DNA of 64,000 bases from the human T2T-CHM13v2.0 reference genome, Homo sapiens: the NCBI RefSeq assembly GCF_009914755.1, contig NC_060936.1; one strand, written 5' to 3'. Of the stretch, positions 38,701 through 52,800 are shown piece after piece. How positions within the stretch are numbered: position 1 is the stretch's first letter; every line of letters starts with the position of its first letter. A program made the translations under genes and the position numbers. The notes beneath the pieces are model-generated. The model was given only the letters and a program-made list of their open reading frames with translations, was not told the origin of the DNA and ran no database searches.

Positions 38701-41700
38701 CCTCTACCTCCGCTTTCAAGCTATGTCTTCTCTTCTGGGCTTTCTTGCCGCCTTGAGGTGCCCCCTGTGGTCGTGTCACTCACCGTGATAGTGAACCAGG
38801 GACATCAGGATCCCTGGGTCCCCGTGCATGGGCTGCTGAGAAGGCACTTTTATCCTTGGGAGGACCCAGGCCCCCTTCCTCTATTGCACCATTTTTTTTT
38901 CTTCCACAGGTTCCTCCACCTCCCCTTTCAAACTCATCTTCCTTTCTGGGCTGCCTTGTCACTATGGGGTGCCCCCTGCGGGCACGTCATGCAACGTGAG
39001 TGCAAACCAGGGATGCCAGGATTCCTGGGTCCCCACGAAGGTGCTGCTGGGAAGGGACTTTCGTCCATTGGGGCACTGAGGCCCCCCTCCTATGCTGTGG
39101 TATTTTTATTCCTTGCAGAGGTGCATCTGCCTCCCCTTTCAAGCATTATCTTCCCTTCTGTCCCTTCTTGCCGTTTTGGGGAGCCTGCCATGTGCGTGAC
39201 TCCCATCATGGGTGCAAACTAGGGATGCCAGAATCCCCAGTAAACCACGCAGGGGCTGATGGGAAGGCACTTTCCCCCTTGCGGGGGATCCAGGCCCCTC
39301 TTCTCTGAAGTTCCATTTTTTTCCATACACAGGTGCCTCTAGCACACCTTTCAGGTCATATCTTCCCTTTTGGGCTTTTTTGCCTCTTTGATGTGCTCCC
39401 TGTGGTCGTCACACGCAACGTGAGTGCGAACCAGGGACGCCAGGATCCCCAGGGGCCTGCGCAGGGGATGCTGGGAATCGACTTTTGTGCATGGGGGGAC
39501 ACAGGCACCTCTTCTCTGCCGTATCTTTTTTTTCCTTCCACAGGTGCCTCTACCTCCCCTATCAAAACTTATCTTCCCTCCTGGGCCATCTTGCCGCTTG
39601 GCGGTGGCCCCTGTCGGCACGACACACACTGTGGGTGTGAACCAGGGACTCCAGGATCCCCGGGCCCAACACAGGGGCTGCTGGGAAGGCATTGTCATCC
39701 GAGGGGGACCCAGGCCCCCTCCTCTGCTGCGCCATTTTTTTCCTTCCACAGGTGCCTCCACCTCCCATTTCAAGCCTTATATTCCCTTCTGTGCCTTCTT
39801 GCCACTTTTGTTGCCCCATTGGGCGCGACACACACTGTGGGTGTGAACCATGGACCCCATGATTTCCAGGGCCCCACGCACGGGCTGCTGGGAAGGCACT
39901 TCCATCCGTAGAAGGACCCAGGCCCCCTTTCTCGTCCGCATCATTTTTTTTCCTTCCACAGCTGCCTCGACCTCCGTTTTGAAGCCTTATCTTCCCTTAC
40001 GGGCCTTCTTGCCGTTCTGGGGTGACTCCCTTGGGTGAGACACGTACCCCACGACCTCCGCAGACCCCACTCAGGGGCTGCTGGGAACACACGTCCGTCC
40101 GTGGAAGGAACCAGGCTCACTTTCTTGGCCCTGCCATTTTTTTGCCTTCCGCAGCTTCCTCTACCTCCCCTTTCAAGCCTTATCTTCCCTTCTGGGTTTT
40201 CTTGTCGCTTTGGAGTGCCCCTGTGGGCACCGTAGGTGCAAACCAAGGACATCAGGATCCCCGGGGCCCTGCGCAGTGGCTGCTGGGAAGGCACTTTCAT
40301 CCGTGGGGAGACCCAGGCCCTCTACTCTGCCTCACCATGTTTTTTGTTTCCACAGGTGTCTCTAAAACTGCTTTCAAGCCTTATCTTCTATTCTGGGCAT
40401 CCTTGCCACAGTGCGGTGCACCCCATGGGCAAAACACACATCCTGGGTGTAAACCAGGATGCCTGGATCCCCGGGTCTTGCACAAGGCCTGGTGGGAAAG
40501 GAAGGCACTTTCGTCCGTGGGGGAACCCTGGTCCCCTTTCTCTGCTGCCCCATTTATTTTTGTTCAACTGGTGCCTCTACCTCCCCTTTCAAGCCTTATC
40601 TTCCCTTCTGTGCCTTCTTGCTGTATGGGGGTGCCCCCCTTGGGCGCGACAGGTACCGTTGGTGCAAACCAGGTATGCCAGGATTTCCGGAGCCCCGTGC
40701 AGGGGCTGCTGGGAAGGCACTTTCGTCCATGGGGGGAACCAGGCCCCCACCTCGGCCGCGCCATTTTTTCCTTCCACAGGTGGCTTTACCTCCCCTTTCA
40801 AGCTTTATCTTCATTTCTGGGACCTTCTGCCACATTGGGGTACACCCGTGGGCGCGACACACACCGTAGGTGTGAATCAGGGATGCCAGGATCACCAGGG
40901 ACCTGCAAAGCGTATGCAGGGAAGGCACTTTCGTCTGTGGGGGGACCCAGGTCCCCCTCTTCTGTGGCATCAATTTTTTTTCCTTCAACAGGTGTCTCTA
41001 CCTCCCCTTTCAAGCCTTATCTTCCCTTTGAGTCTTCGTGCAACTTTGGAGTGTCCCTGTGGGTGCAAAATGCACCGTGAACGTGTACCAGGGATGGAAG
41101 TAACCCTGGTGCCCTGTGCAGGGGTTGCTGGGAAGCCACTTTCGTCCGTGGGGTGACCCAGGCCCCCGTCGTCTGCCACGCCATTTTTTTTCCTTCCTCC
41201 GGTTCGTCTACCTCCACTTTCAAGACTTGTCTTCCTTTCTGGGCCTTTTTGCTGCTTTGGGGTGCCCCCCGTGGTCAGGACACGCACCGTGGGTGTGAAC
41301 CAGGTATGCCAGTATCCCAGGGACCCGATGCAGGGGCTGCTGGGAAGGCACTTTCGTCCTTTGGGGGACCCAGGAACCCCTCGTCTAACGCGCCATTTTT
41401 TTCCTTCCAAAGGTGCGTCTACTTTCCCTTTTGAGCCTTGTCTTCCATTCTGGGGCTTCTTGCCGTAGTGCACTGCCCCCCATGGGCGCAACACGCACCC
41501 TGGGTGCGAATCAGGGAAGCCAGAATCCCCGGGACCCCGCAAAGGCGCTACTAGGAAGGCATTTTCATCCGTGGGGGAACCCAGGTCCACCGCCTCTGCC
41601 GCTCCATTTTCTTGCCTTCTACAGATGCTTCTACCTCCCTTTTCAAGCCTTATCTTACTTTCTGGGACCTCTTGCCATTTAGGTTGCCTCCCGCGGGCAC

Positions 41701-44700
41701 GACACGCAACGTGTGTTTGAACCAGGGGTGCCGGGATTCCTGGAGCCCTGCCCAGTGGCTGCTGGGAAGGCCCTTTCTTCCTTGTGGGGACCCAGGCACC
41801 CCTCCCTTGCCATGCCATTTTTTTTCCTTCCACAGGTGCCTCTATCTCCCCTTTCGAGTCTTACCTTCCCTTATCGGCCTACTTGCCCCTTTGGGGTGCC
41901 CCCATGGGCACGACACGTGAGGTGGGTGTGAAGCAGGGATACCAGTATCCCTGGGGCCCTGCGCAGGTGCTGCTGGGAAGGTGCTTTCGTCTTTGGGGGG
42001 ACCCAGGCCACCCTTCTCTGCCATACCATATTTTTTTCCTTCCACAGGTGCCACTGCCTCCCATTTCAAGCCTTATCTTCCTTTCTGAGCCTTCTTGCCA
42101 CATTAGGGTTCCCAGGTGGGTGCGCCACACACCCTGGGTGTGAACCAGGGACGCCAGTATCTCCTTTCAAGCCTTATCTTCCTTTCTGGGCCTTCTTTCC
42201 GCTCTGGGGTGCCCCTGTGGGCTCAACACACACCATGGGTGTGAACCTCATACTCCAGCATCCCAGGGACCCCGCGCAGGGGATGCTGGGAGGGCACTTT
42301 CGTCCGTTGGAGGACCCAGGCCACCCTACTCTGCCGTGCCATTTTTTGTCCTTCCACAGGGGCCTGTTTCTCCCATTTCAGGCCTTATCTTCTCTTCTGG
42401 GCTTTCTTGACATTTTGGCCTGCCCCATGCGGGCGCTACACGCACTATTGTTGCGAACCAAGGATGCCAGGATCCCCAGGACACAGCGCAGGGGCTGCTG
42501 GGAAGGCACATTCTTCTGTGGGGGGCGACCCAGGCCACCCTCCTCTACCGTGACATTTGTTTTTCCTTCCACAGGTGACTCTACCTCCTCTTTCAAGCCT
42601 TGTCTTCCTTTCTGGACCTTCGAGCTGCTTTGGGGTACCCCTGTGGACGCGACACTTGCCATGGGTGCAAAGCAGGGATGTGAGGTTCCCTGGGGAACTG
42701 CGCAGGGACTGCTGATAAGGCCCACCTCCTCTGCTGCACCGTTTTTTTCTTTCCACAGGTGCCTCTACGTCTCCTTTCAAGTCTTAACTTCAATTCTGGG
42801 CCTTCTTGCTGCTTTGAGGTGCCCCCAGTGGGCGCGACACGCATGTGGGTGTGAACCAGGGATGCCAGGATCCCCGAGGTCCCATGCTGGGTCTGTGGGA
42901 AGGCACTTTCGTCCGTGGGGGGACCCAGGCCCCCCTTCTCTGACGTGCCATTTTGTTTCTTTCAAAGGTGACTCTAACTCCCCTTTCAAGCCTCATCTTT
43001 CTTTCTTGGCCTTCTTGCAGCTTTGGCATTCCCCTGGTGGGAGTGAAATGCACCATTGGTGCGTTCCAGGGACGCCAAGATCCGTGGGGCCCAGCGCAGG
43101 GGCTGCTGGTAAGGCACTTTCGTCTGTGGGGGCACTCAGGTCCCCCTCCGCAGTTGCTCCGTTTTTTTTCCTTCCACAGGTGCCTCTACCTCCCCTTTCA
43201 AGCATTATCTTCCTTTCTGGGACTTCTTGTCGCTTTGAAGTGCCCCCCATGGGTGCGACATGCACCATGGGTGTGAACCTGGGACTCCAGGATCTCCAAG
43301 ACTCCGCCCAGGGCCTGCTGGGAGGCACTTTCTTCTAGGTGGGGACCCAGGCTCCCCTCTTATGCCACGCCTTTTTTTTTCTTACCACAGGTGCCTCTAC
43401 TTCCCCTTTAAAGCCTTATCTTGCCTTCTGGACCTTCTTGCTGCTTTGGGGTGCACCCCACGAGCACGACGCGCACCGTGGTTGTGAACCAGTGAAGCCA
43501 GGATACCCGGGGCCCTGCGTAGGGGCTGCTGGGAAGGCACTTTCGACCGTTGGGCGGGGGGGACCCAGGCCCGTCTTCTCTGTTGTGCTGTTTTTTCCCT
43601 TCTACAGGTGCATCTACCTCCCCTTTCAAGCCTTGTCTTCCCTTCTGGGCATTCTTGCCACTTTGGGGTGCCCCCCTTGCGTGTGACTCCCACCATGGGT
43701 GTGAACCAGTGACTCTAGGATTCCCACTTACCTGCATAGGGGCTGCTGGAAAGGCACTTTTTCCGTGTGGGGATCCAGGCCGCCCTTCTCTGACATGCCA
43801 TTTTTTTTTCCATCCACAGTTGCCTCTACCCCCCACCCCTTCATGCCATATCTTCCCTTCTGGGCCTTCTTGCCGCTTTGGGGTACACCTGTGGGTGCGA
43901 CACGCATGGTGGGTGCAAACCAGGGACATCAGGATCCCCAGGGCCCCATGCAGTGGCTGCTGGGAAGGCACATTCGCCATGCAGGGACCCACGCCTCGTT
44001 CCTCTGCCAGACACCTCTCCTTTCAAGCATTATCTTCTTTTCTGGGCCTTCTTGATGATTTCGGGTGCCCCTGCGGGTGCAACATGCACTGTGGGTGTGA
44101 ACCAGGGGATGCCTGGATGCCAGGGGGCCGTGCACAGGGGCTGCTGGGGAGGAACTTTCATCCTTGGGAGAACCCAGGACCCCATCTACTGCCATGCCGT
44201 TTCCTTTTCTTCTACAGATGTCTTTAGCTCTCCTTTCAAGCCTTATCTTCCATTCTTGCCCTTCTTGCCACTTTGGGGTGGCCCCCGTGGGGGCGACATG
44301 CACCGTGGTTGTGAAACAGGGATGCCAGGATCCCCGTGTCCCCACTATGGGGCTGCTGGAAAGGCACATTCATTTGTGGGGGAACCCAGGCACCTCTCCT
44401 CTGCCAATTTTTTCCTTCATAGGTGCGTATATCTCCCCTTTCAGGCTTTGTCTTCCCTTCTGGATCTTTCTGCCACATTTGGGTGCCTCCCGCGAGCGCA
44501 ACACACACCGTGGGTGCGAATGAGGGATGCCAGTATCCCCGGAGCTCCACAAAGGGGCTGCTGGGAAGGCACTTTCGTCCGTGGGGGGACCCAAGAACCC
44601 CTCCTCTGCCGCGCCATTTTTTTTCCTTCCACACGTGCCACTACCTCCACTTTCAAGGCTCATCTTCCATTCTGGGATTTCCTCCCCTTTGGGGGGTACC

Positions 44701-47355
44701 CCCGTGGGCATGACATGCACCGTGGGTGCGATCCAGGGATGCCAGGATCCCTGGGGCCCACCACAGGGGCTGTTGGGAAGGCACTTTCGTCTGTGGGGGG
44801 ACCCGGGCCACCCTCCTCAGCTGCACCTTTGTTTTTCTTTCCACAGGTGTGTCTACCTCCCCTTTCAAGCCGTATCTTCGCTTCTGGCCATTCTTGCTGC
44901 TTTGTGGTGCCTTCCACATGGGCAACATGCAATGTGGGTGCCAAGTAGGGGCGCCAGGATCACCGCAGCCCTGCGCAGTGGCTGCTGGGAAGGAACTTCG
45001 TCCGTTGGGAAACCTGGGCACCCCTACTCTGCCACGCCATTTTTTTTCCTTCCACAGGTGCCTCTACCACCCTTTCAAGCCTTATCTTCCCTTCCGGGCC
45101 TTCTTACCACTTTGAGGTGCCACCCATGGGCTTGAAACACACCTTGAGTGTGAACCAGGGATGCCAGGATCCCTGGAGCCCCACGCAGGGGCTGCTGGTA
45201 AGGCACTTTTGTCTGTGGGGGGACCCATGTCCTGTCCACTGCTGTGCTGTTTTATTTCCTTCCACAGGTGCCTCTACCTCCCCTTTCAAGACTTATCTTC
45301 CCTTCTGGGCCTCCTTGCCACATTGAGGTGCCCCTCGTGGGTGTGATATGCACCGAGGGTGCGAAAAAAGGGGCGTCAGGATCCCTGGGCCCACCTGCAG
45401 GGTCTGCTGGGATGGCACGTCCATCCTAGTGGGGACCCAGGCCCCCCTCCTCTGTCTTGTCATTTTTTTTTCCCTCCACAGATGTCTCTACCTCCACTTT
45501 GGAGCCTTATCTTCCCTTCTGGGCCTTCTTGCCACTTTGGTGGTGTGACACGCACCATGGGTGTGAACCAGGATGCCAGGATCCTTGAGGCTTCATGCAG
45601 GGTCTGCTGGGAAGGCACTGTCTTCTGCGGGGGTCCCAGACTTCCGTACTCTGCCATTCCATTTTTTTCCTTGCACAGGTGCCTTTACATCCCCTTTCAA
45701 GCCTTATGTTGCCTTCTTGGCCCTCTTGCCACTTAGGAGTGCCCTCTGTGGGTGCGAATGCACCATTGGTGTGAACCAGTGACAACAGGATCCCCAGAGC
45801 CCCACGCAGGGGCTGGTGGGAAGGCACTTTCGTCCTTTGGGAGGAACCAGGCCCCCAACCTTGGCCGTGCCATTTATTTTCCTTCCTCAAGTGCTTCTAC
45901 CTCCCCTTTCAAGCCTTATCTTCCCTTCTGGGCTTTCTTGCCACATTGGGTTGCCCCTGTGGTTGCAACTCGCACAGTGGGTGTGAACCAGGGACACCAG
46001 GATGCCCGGGGCCACTCACAGGGGATGCTGGGTAATCACTTTTGTAGGTGGGGAGACCCAGGACCCCTCCTCTGCCACGCTGTTATTTTTCCTTCTGCAG
46101 GTGACTCTACCTCCCCTTTCAAGCAGTATCTTGCCATCTGGGCATTCTTGCTGCTTTGGGGTGCCCCCCGTGGGAGTGACATGCACTGTGGGTGGGAACC
46201 TCTGATGCCAGTATCCCTGGGTCCCAGCGCAGGGGCTGCTGAGAAGGTACTTTCATTCATGGGGGGACCCATACCCCCCTCCTCTCCTGCGTCATTTTTT
46301 CTTTCCTTCTACAGGTTCCTCTACCTCCCCTTTCAAGACTTAATTTCCATTCTGGGCATTCTCGATGCTTTGGGGTACCTTCTGTGGGCGTGACATGCAC
46401 TGTGGGTGTGAATCAGGGATGCCAGCATTGCCGGGTCTCCGCGCAGGGGCTGCTGGGAAGGCACTTCGTAAATGCGGGGAACCAGGCCCACTTCCTCTGC
46501 TGCGCAGTTTTTTTTTTTCCTTCCACAGGTGCCTCTGCCTCCCCTTTCAAGCCTTATCTTCCTTTGTGGGCCTCCGTGCCTATTAGGGGTGCCCCCATGT
46601 GTGTGACAAGCACTATGGGTGTCAACAAGTGATGCCAAGATCCCCGGGGCCCCACGCAAGGTCTCCTGGAAGGCACCTTCATCTGCGGGTGGACCCAGGC
46701 CCCCCTCCTTTGCCTCGCCTTTTTTTTTTTCCTTCCAAAGGTGCCTCTACCTCCCCTTTTAACCCTTATCTTCCCTTCTGGGCCCTATTTCCACACAGAG
46801 GTGCTCCACGCATGGGCGACACGCACCATGTTTGTGAACCAGAAATGCCAGGATCACTGGGGCCCTGTGCAGGGGCTGGGGGGAAGGCACTATCCTCTGT
46901 GGGTGGACCTAGACCCCCCTCCTTGGCCACACCATTTTTTTTCCTTCCACAGGTGCCTCTACCTCCCCTTTCAAGCCTTATCTTCCCTTCTGCGCCTTCC
47001 TGCCACTTTGGGCTGCCTCCCACTGGAGCGACACACACCATAGGTGCGAACCAGAGATGATAGGTTCCCCGGGGCCTCGCACAGAGGCGGCTGGGAAGGT
47101 ACTTTCATCCGTGAGGTGACCCAAATCCCCCTCCTTGGCCACGCCATTTTTTTTTTCCTTCCACAGTTGACTCTACCTCCCCTTTCAAGACTTATCTTCC
47201 CTTCTGGGCCTTCTTGCCGCAATAGGTTGCCCCCCGCGATTGCAACTCGCTCCGTGGGTGTGAACCAGGGACACCAGGATGCCTGGGGTGCAACGCAGAG
47301 GCTTCTGGGAGGCACTTTCTTCTGTGGGGGGGGCCCAGGCACCCTCCTCTGCCGT
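26713..47355 (-). repeat. Gamma satellite class A, block 4 (inverted, ~20.6 kb)
   Basis: About 212-bp units in reverse complement (CCACAGGTGCCTCTACCTCCCCTTTCAAGCCTTATCTTCCCTTCTGGGCC). Confidence 0.85.
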
Positions 47356-49802
47356 ACCAGCCCAAAGGCTTGAAAGGGTAGGTCGAGGCACCTGTGGTGT
47401 GGCAGGTAAAAAGAAACCGCGCGGCAGAGGTCTACCCCTACAGGAGAAAGTGATTCAGCAGTGCACGTGCGCAGGGCCGAGGGGACCCTGGGCCTCCCGG
47501 GTTCACTGCCACAAAGCACCTTGGGCCCATGGGGTCCAGCCGAAGGCAGCAGGGAGGCTTGAAAGGGGATGTCGAGGCGCCTGTGGTGTGGCAGGAAAAC
47601 AGAAATGGCACAGCAGAGGTCCCCACCCACGGGCAAAAGTGTCTCCCCTCCATGCAAGCACGGGGCCCAGGGGAACCTGGGTCTCCTAGTTTCGTGCCCA
47701 CGGAGCACTTTGGGCCAGTGGTGGCCAGCCCAAGACGGCAGGGAGGCTTGAAAGGGGAGGTTGAGGCGACTGTGGTGTGTCAGGAAAATAGAAAAGGCGC
47801 AGCAGCAAAGGTCCCCTTGCCATAGGCAAAAGTGCCTCCCCACCGCTCATGCACAGAGCCTAGGGGACCCTGGGACTCCCAGGTTCACGCCCACGGAGTG
47901 CCTCGGGCTCGTCAGGGCCAGCCCAAAGCAGAAGGGACGCTTGAAAGGGGAGTTCGAAGCACCTGTGGTGTGACAGGAAAACAGAAATGGAGTGGCAGAA
48001 GTCCCCCCCCACATGAGCAAAATTGACTCCCCACAGCGCATGCACGAGGCCCAGTGGACCCTGGGTCTCCCAGATTGATGCCCACTGAGGGCCTCGGGCC
48101 CAAAGGGCAAGCCCAAGGCGGCAAGGAGGCTTGAAAGGGAAGTTCGAGGCACCTGTGGTATGACAGGAAAACAGAAATGACGCGGAAGAAGTCTCCCCCC
48201 GCTAGCGAAAATGCCTCCCGACCGCACATGCATGGTGCCCAGGGTACCCTGGACCTCACTGGTTCCTGGACACACAGTGCCTCGGGCCCACGGGGGCCAG
48301 CCCAAGGAGGCAGGGAGGCTTGAAAGGAAAGGTTGAGGCACGTGTGGTGTAGCAGGATAACAGAAACGGCATGGCAGAGGTCCCCCACCATGGGCAAAAG
48401 TGCCTCGCATGCGTGGTGTCCAGAGGACCCTGGGCCTCCCAGCTTTGTGCTGCAGAGTGCCTCAGGCCCATGGGGGCCAGCCTAATGTGACAGCGACACT
48501 TGAAAGGGGAGGTTGAGGCGATTGGGGTGTGACAGGAAAACAGAAATGGCGTGGCAGAATTCCCCACCCACGGACTAAAGTACATACCTACTGTGCATGT
48601 GTGGGGCCCCAGGGACCCTGAGTCTCCCAGGTTTGCCCCAACGGAAGGCCTCAGGCCCACGGGGACAAGCCCAAAGCGGCTGGATGGCTTGAAATGGGAG
48701 GTTGTGGCACCTGTGGTGTGGCAGGAAAACAGAAACAGTGCAAAAGAGGTCACCCACCAGGGGCAAAAGTGCCTCCCCTCTGCGCATGCACTGGGCCCAG
48801 GTGACTCTGGGCCTCTCAGGTTGGTTCCCATGGAGTTCCTCGGGCCCACGGGTCCAGCCCAAGGCGGCAGGGAGGATTGAAAGGGGAGATTGAGACACCT
48901 GTGGTGTGTCAGGTAAACAGAAATGGTGCGGCAGAGATCCCCGTCCTCAGGCAAAAGTCCCTCCACACTGTGCATGTGAGGGGCCCGGGGGACCCTGAGC
49001 CTCCCAGGTTCTCAACCACGGAGCGTCTCAGGTCCACGGGGTCCAGCCGAAGGCGGCATGGAGGCCTGAATGGGGTGGTCGAGGCGCCTGTGGTGTGGCA
49101 GGAAAAGAGAAACGGCACAGGAGAGGGCCCGCCCCACGGGCGGAATTGCCTCCCCACCGCGCATGCGCGCAGCCCAGGTGATCCTGAGCCTCTTAGGTTC
49201 GCACTTACAGAGCGCCTCAGGCCCACGGGAGCCAGCCTAAAGCAACAGGGCTGCTTGAAAGGGGAGGTCGAGGCGCCTGTGGTGTGGCAGGAAAACAGAA
49301 AAGGCACAGCAGAAGTCCCCACCCACGGGCGAAAGTGCCTCCCCACAGTTCATGCGTGGGGCAAAGGGAACCAAGAGCCTCCCAGGTTCACGCCCACGGA
49401 GGGCCTGGAGCCCACGGGGGCCAGCCCAAGGCAGCAGGGAGGTTGTAAAGGGGAGGTCGAGGCACCTCTGGTGTGACAGGAAAACAGAAAAGGTACAGCA
49501 GGGTTCCTCCCCATGATCGAAAGTGACTCCACACAGTGCATGAGTGGGGGCCAGAGGACCGTGGGTCTCCCAGGTTCATGTCCAAGGAGCGCCTCAGGCC
49601 AGCGGGGGGCCAGCCCAAAGGGGGCAGGGAGGCTTGAAATGGGAGGTTGAGGCGCCCGTGGTGTGGCAGGAAAACAGAAACGGCGTGGCAGAGGTCCTAC
49701 CCTACAGGCAAAAGTGCCTGTCCACAGCGCATGCGCGGGGGCCAGGGGACCCTGGGCCTCCTAGGTTAGTGACCATGGAGCGCCTCGGGCCCAAGTGGGC
49801 CA
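47356..49802 (+). repeat. Gamma-family satellite class B, about 13 units of ~189 bp
   Basis: TTGAAA core at about 47370, 47559, 47748, 47941, 48131, 48320, 48500, 48689, 48877, 49066, 49255, 49443 and 49634. Diagnostic CCTGTGGTGTGGCAGGAAAACAGAAA. Confidence 0.8.
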
Positions 49803-52800
49803 AAAGGAAAAAAAATACCGGCACAGTAGAGCTGGGGTCTTGGCCCCTGGCCCCAACCACGCTGCCCCTGCCACGCATGCGTGGGGTCGTGAAGAACCTA
49901 GGGTCCCGGGTTTGCGCCGCCGGAGTGGCTGGGCCCCTCAGGGTGCCACCCAAAGTGGCATGGGGGCTTGAAAGGAGAGGATGAGGCACCGGTTTAAGGA
50001 AAAAAAACCGGTGCAGTAGAGCAGGGGTCTTGGCCCTTGGCCCCCACATGCCCTCCCTGTCGTGCATGCGCGGTGTCCCGGGTTCGAGCCGCTGGTGTGG
50101 CTGGACACCGCGGGGGGCCACCCAAAGAGACAGGGAGACTTGGGAGGTGGACACACCGGTGGAAGGAAAAAAAAACAGGCAAGGCAGAGCAGGGGTCTTG
50201 GCCCCTGCACCCCCCCCACGCCAACCCTGCCAAGCATGTGCAGGTTCCCAGGTTCATGCCACCGAGTGGCTGGGCCCTGGGGGGCACCGCACAAAGTGGC
50301 AGGGATGCTTGAAAGGGGAGGTCGAGGCAGAGCAGGGGTCTTGGCCCTGGCCCCCCCCACCAGGCCCCACCTGCCGCGCATGCGCGGGGTCCCTGGTTCC
50401 CTGGGGTCCCGGGTTCACTCCCCCAGAGTGGCTGGGCCACGCACGGTGCAATCCAAAGTGGCAGGGAGGCTTGAAAGGGGAGGTCGAGGTAGGGGTGGAA
50501 GGAAAATTAACCAGTGTGGCAGAGTAGGGTTTTTGGCCCCATCCCCCACCAAGCCGTTCCTGCGGTGCATGCATTGGGTCCCGGGGACTCTGGGGTCCCC
50601 GGTTCGTGCCTTGGAGTGGCTGGGCCCTTGGGGCACTGCCCTAAGCAGCAGGAATGCTTTAAAGGGGAGGTCGAGGCACTGGTGGAAGGAAAAAAGCGGC
50701 GAGGCAGAGCAGAGGTCTTGGCACCTGGCCAACCCTACACACCCTGCCACGCATGTGTGGGGTCTGAGGGACCCTGGGGTCCTGGGTTCATGCCCGCGGA
50801 GCGACTGGACTCCGTGCGGGCCGCCAAAGGGGCAGGGAGGCTTGAAAGGAGAGGTCGAGGCACAGGTAGATGGAAAAAAAACCGGCGAGGCAGAGCAAGG
50901 GTCTTGGCCCCTCGCCACCCCCATGCCACCCCTTCCGCGAATGCATGGGGTCATGGGTACCCTGGGGTCCCGGGTTCGTGCCCCCGGAGCGTCTTGGCCC
51001 CGGGGGTCCCCGCCCAAAGCATCACGGAAGCTTGAAAGCGGAGGTCGAAGCACCGGTGAAAGGAAAAAAAAACTGCATAGCAAAGAAGAGGTCTTGGCCC
51101 CTGGTCAACACCACGCCCCACATGCCGTGCATTCGCGTGTTCCTGGGGACCCTGGGGTCCGGGGTTCGTGCCCCCGGAGCGGCTAGACCCTGCTGGGGGC
51201 CGCCCAAAGGGGCTGGGAGGCTTCAAAAGGGAGGTTGAGTCTACAGCGGAGGAAAAAATACAGGCGAGGCAGAGCAAGGGTCTTGGCCCCTGGCCACCCC
51301 CACGCCGCCCCTTCCGCGAATGTGTGGGGTCCGGGGAGTGGCTTGGCCCCTGGGGGCCCCGTCCAAAGCGGCACGGAGGCTTGAAAGGGGAGGTCGAGTC
51401 ACCGGCGGAAGGAAAATAAACGGCGCAGCAGAGAAAGGGTCTTGGCCGCTGGTCAACACCACGCCCCACCTGCCACACATGCTTATGTTTCTGGGGACCC
51501 TGGGGTTCGGGACTTGTGCCCCGGAGTGGCTGGACCTCACAGGGGGCCGCCCAAATGGGCTGGGAGGCTTCAAAGGGGAGGTTGAGTCACCAGTGGAAGG
51601 AAAAAAGCCGGCGAGGCAGAGCACAGGTCTTGATCCCTGGCTCCCCCAAGCCCCCCCCCGCCACGCATGCGCGGAGTCCTGGGTTCGCACCCCCGGAGCG
51701 GCTGAGCCCAGCGGGTTGCCGTCCAAAGCGGCAGTGAGGCTTGAAAAGAGAGATCGAAGCACCGGTGGAAGGAAATAAAAACGCCACTGTAGAGCAGTGG
51801 TCTTGGCCCCTGGCCCACACCAAGCCCCCCATGCTGCGCATGCGCGGGGTCTCCGGGACCCTGGGTCCCGTGTTCCCACTCCTGGAGTGGCTGGGCCCTG
51901 AGCGGTGACGCCCAAAGCGGAAGGGAAGCTTGAATGTGGAGGTCGAGGCACTGGTGGAAGGATGAAAAACCGGCACAATAGAGCAAATGTCTTGGCCTCT
52001 GGCCAATCCCACGCCCCCCTTTCCCCACATGCATGGGGTTCCGGGGACCCTGGGTCCCGGTTTCATGCCCACAGCGTGGCTGGACCCCGCGGGTGGCCTC
52101 TCAAAGAGGCAGGGAGGCTTGAACGGGGAGGTCGAGACACCGGTGGAAGGAAATAAACTGGTGAGGCAGAGCAGGTGTCTTGGCACCTGGTCACCCATCC
52201 CTCCTGCCACGCATGCGTGGGGTCCCGGGTTGACGCCCCCAGAGTGGCTGGGCCCTGCGGGGTGCCACCCAAAGCGGCAGGGAAGCTTGAAAGGGGAGGT
52301 CAAGGCACTGGTTTAAGGAAAAAAAATGGCGCGGTAGAGTAGGGTTCTAGGCCCCTGGCCACCCCCACGCCACACCTGCCGCGCATGCGTGGGGTCCCGG
52401 GGACCCTGGTCTCCCGAGTTCGCGTCCCCTCAGTAGCTGGGCCCCGGAAGGCGCCGCTAAAACCGGCGGGGAGAATTGAAAGGGGAGGTTGAGGCACACG
52501 TGGAAGGAAAAAATACCGGCGCGGCAGAGCAAGGGCCTTGGCCCCTGGCCAACCCCACACACCCCCTGCCGCGCATGCGCAGGGTCCGGGGTTCGCGCTG
52601 CCGGAGTTGCTGGACACCGCGGGGGGCGGCCCAAAGAGGCAGGGATCCTTGAAAGGGGAGGTCGAGGCACTGGGGTAAGGAAAAAAACGACGAGGCAGAG
52701 CAGAGGCCTTGGCCCCTGGCCCCCGCCACCCACAACATGCCACGCATGCGTGGCGTCCCAAAGACCCTGAGGTCCTGGGTTTGCGCTGCCGGAGCTGCTG

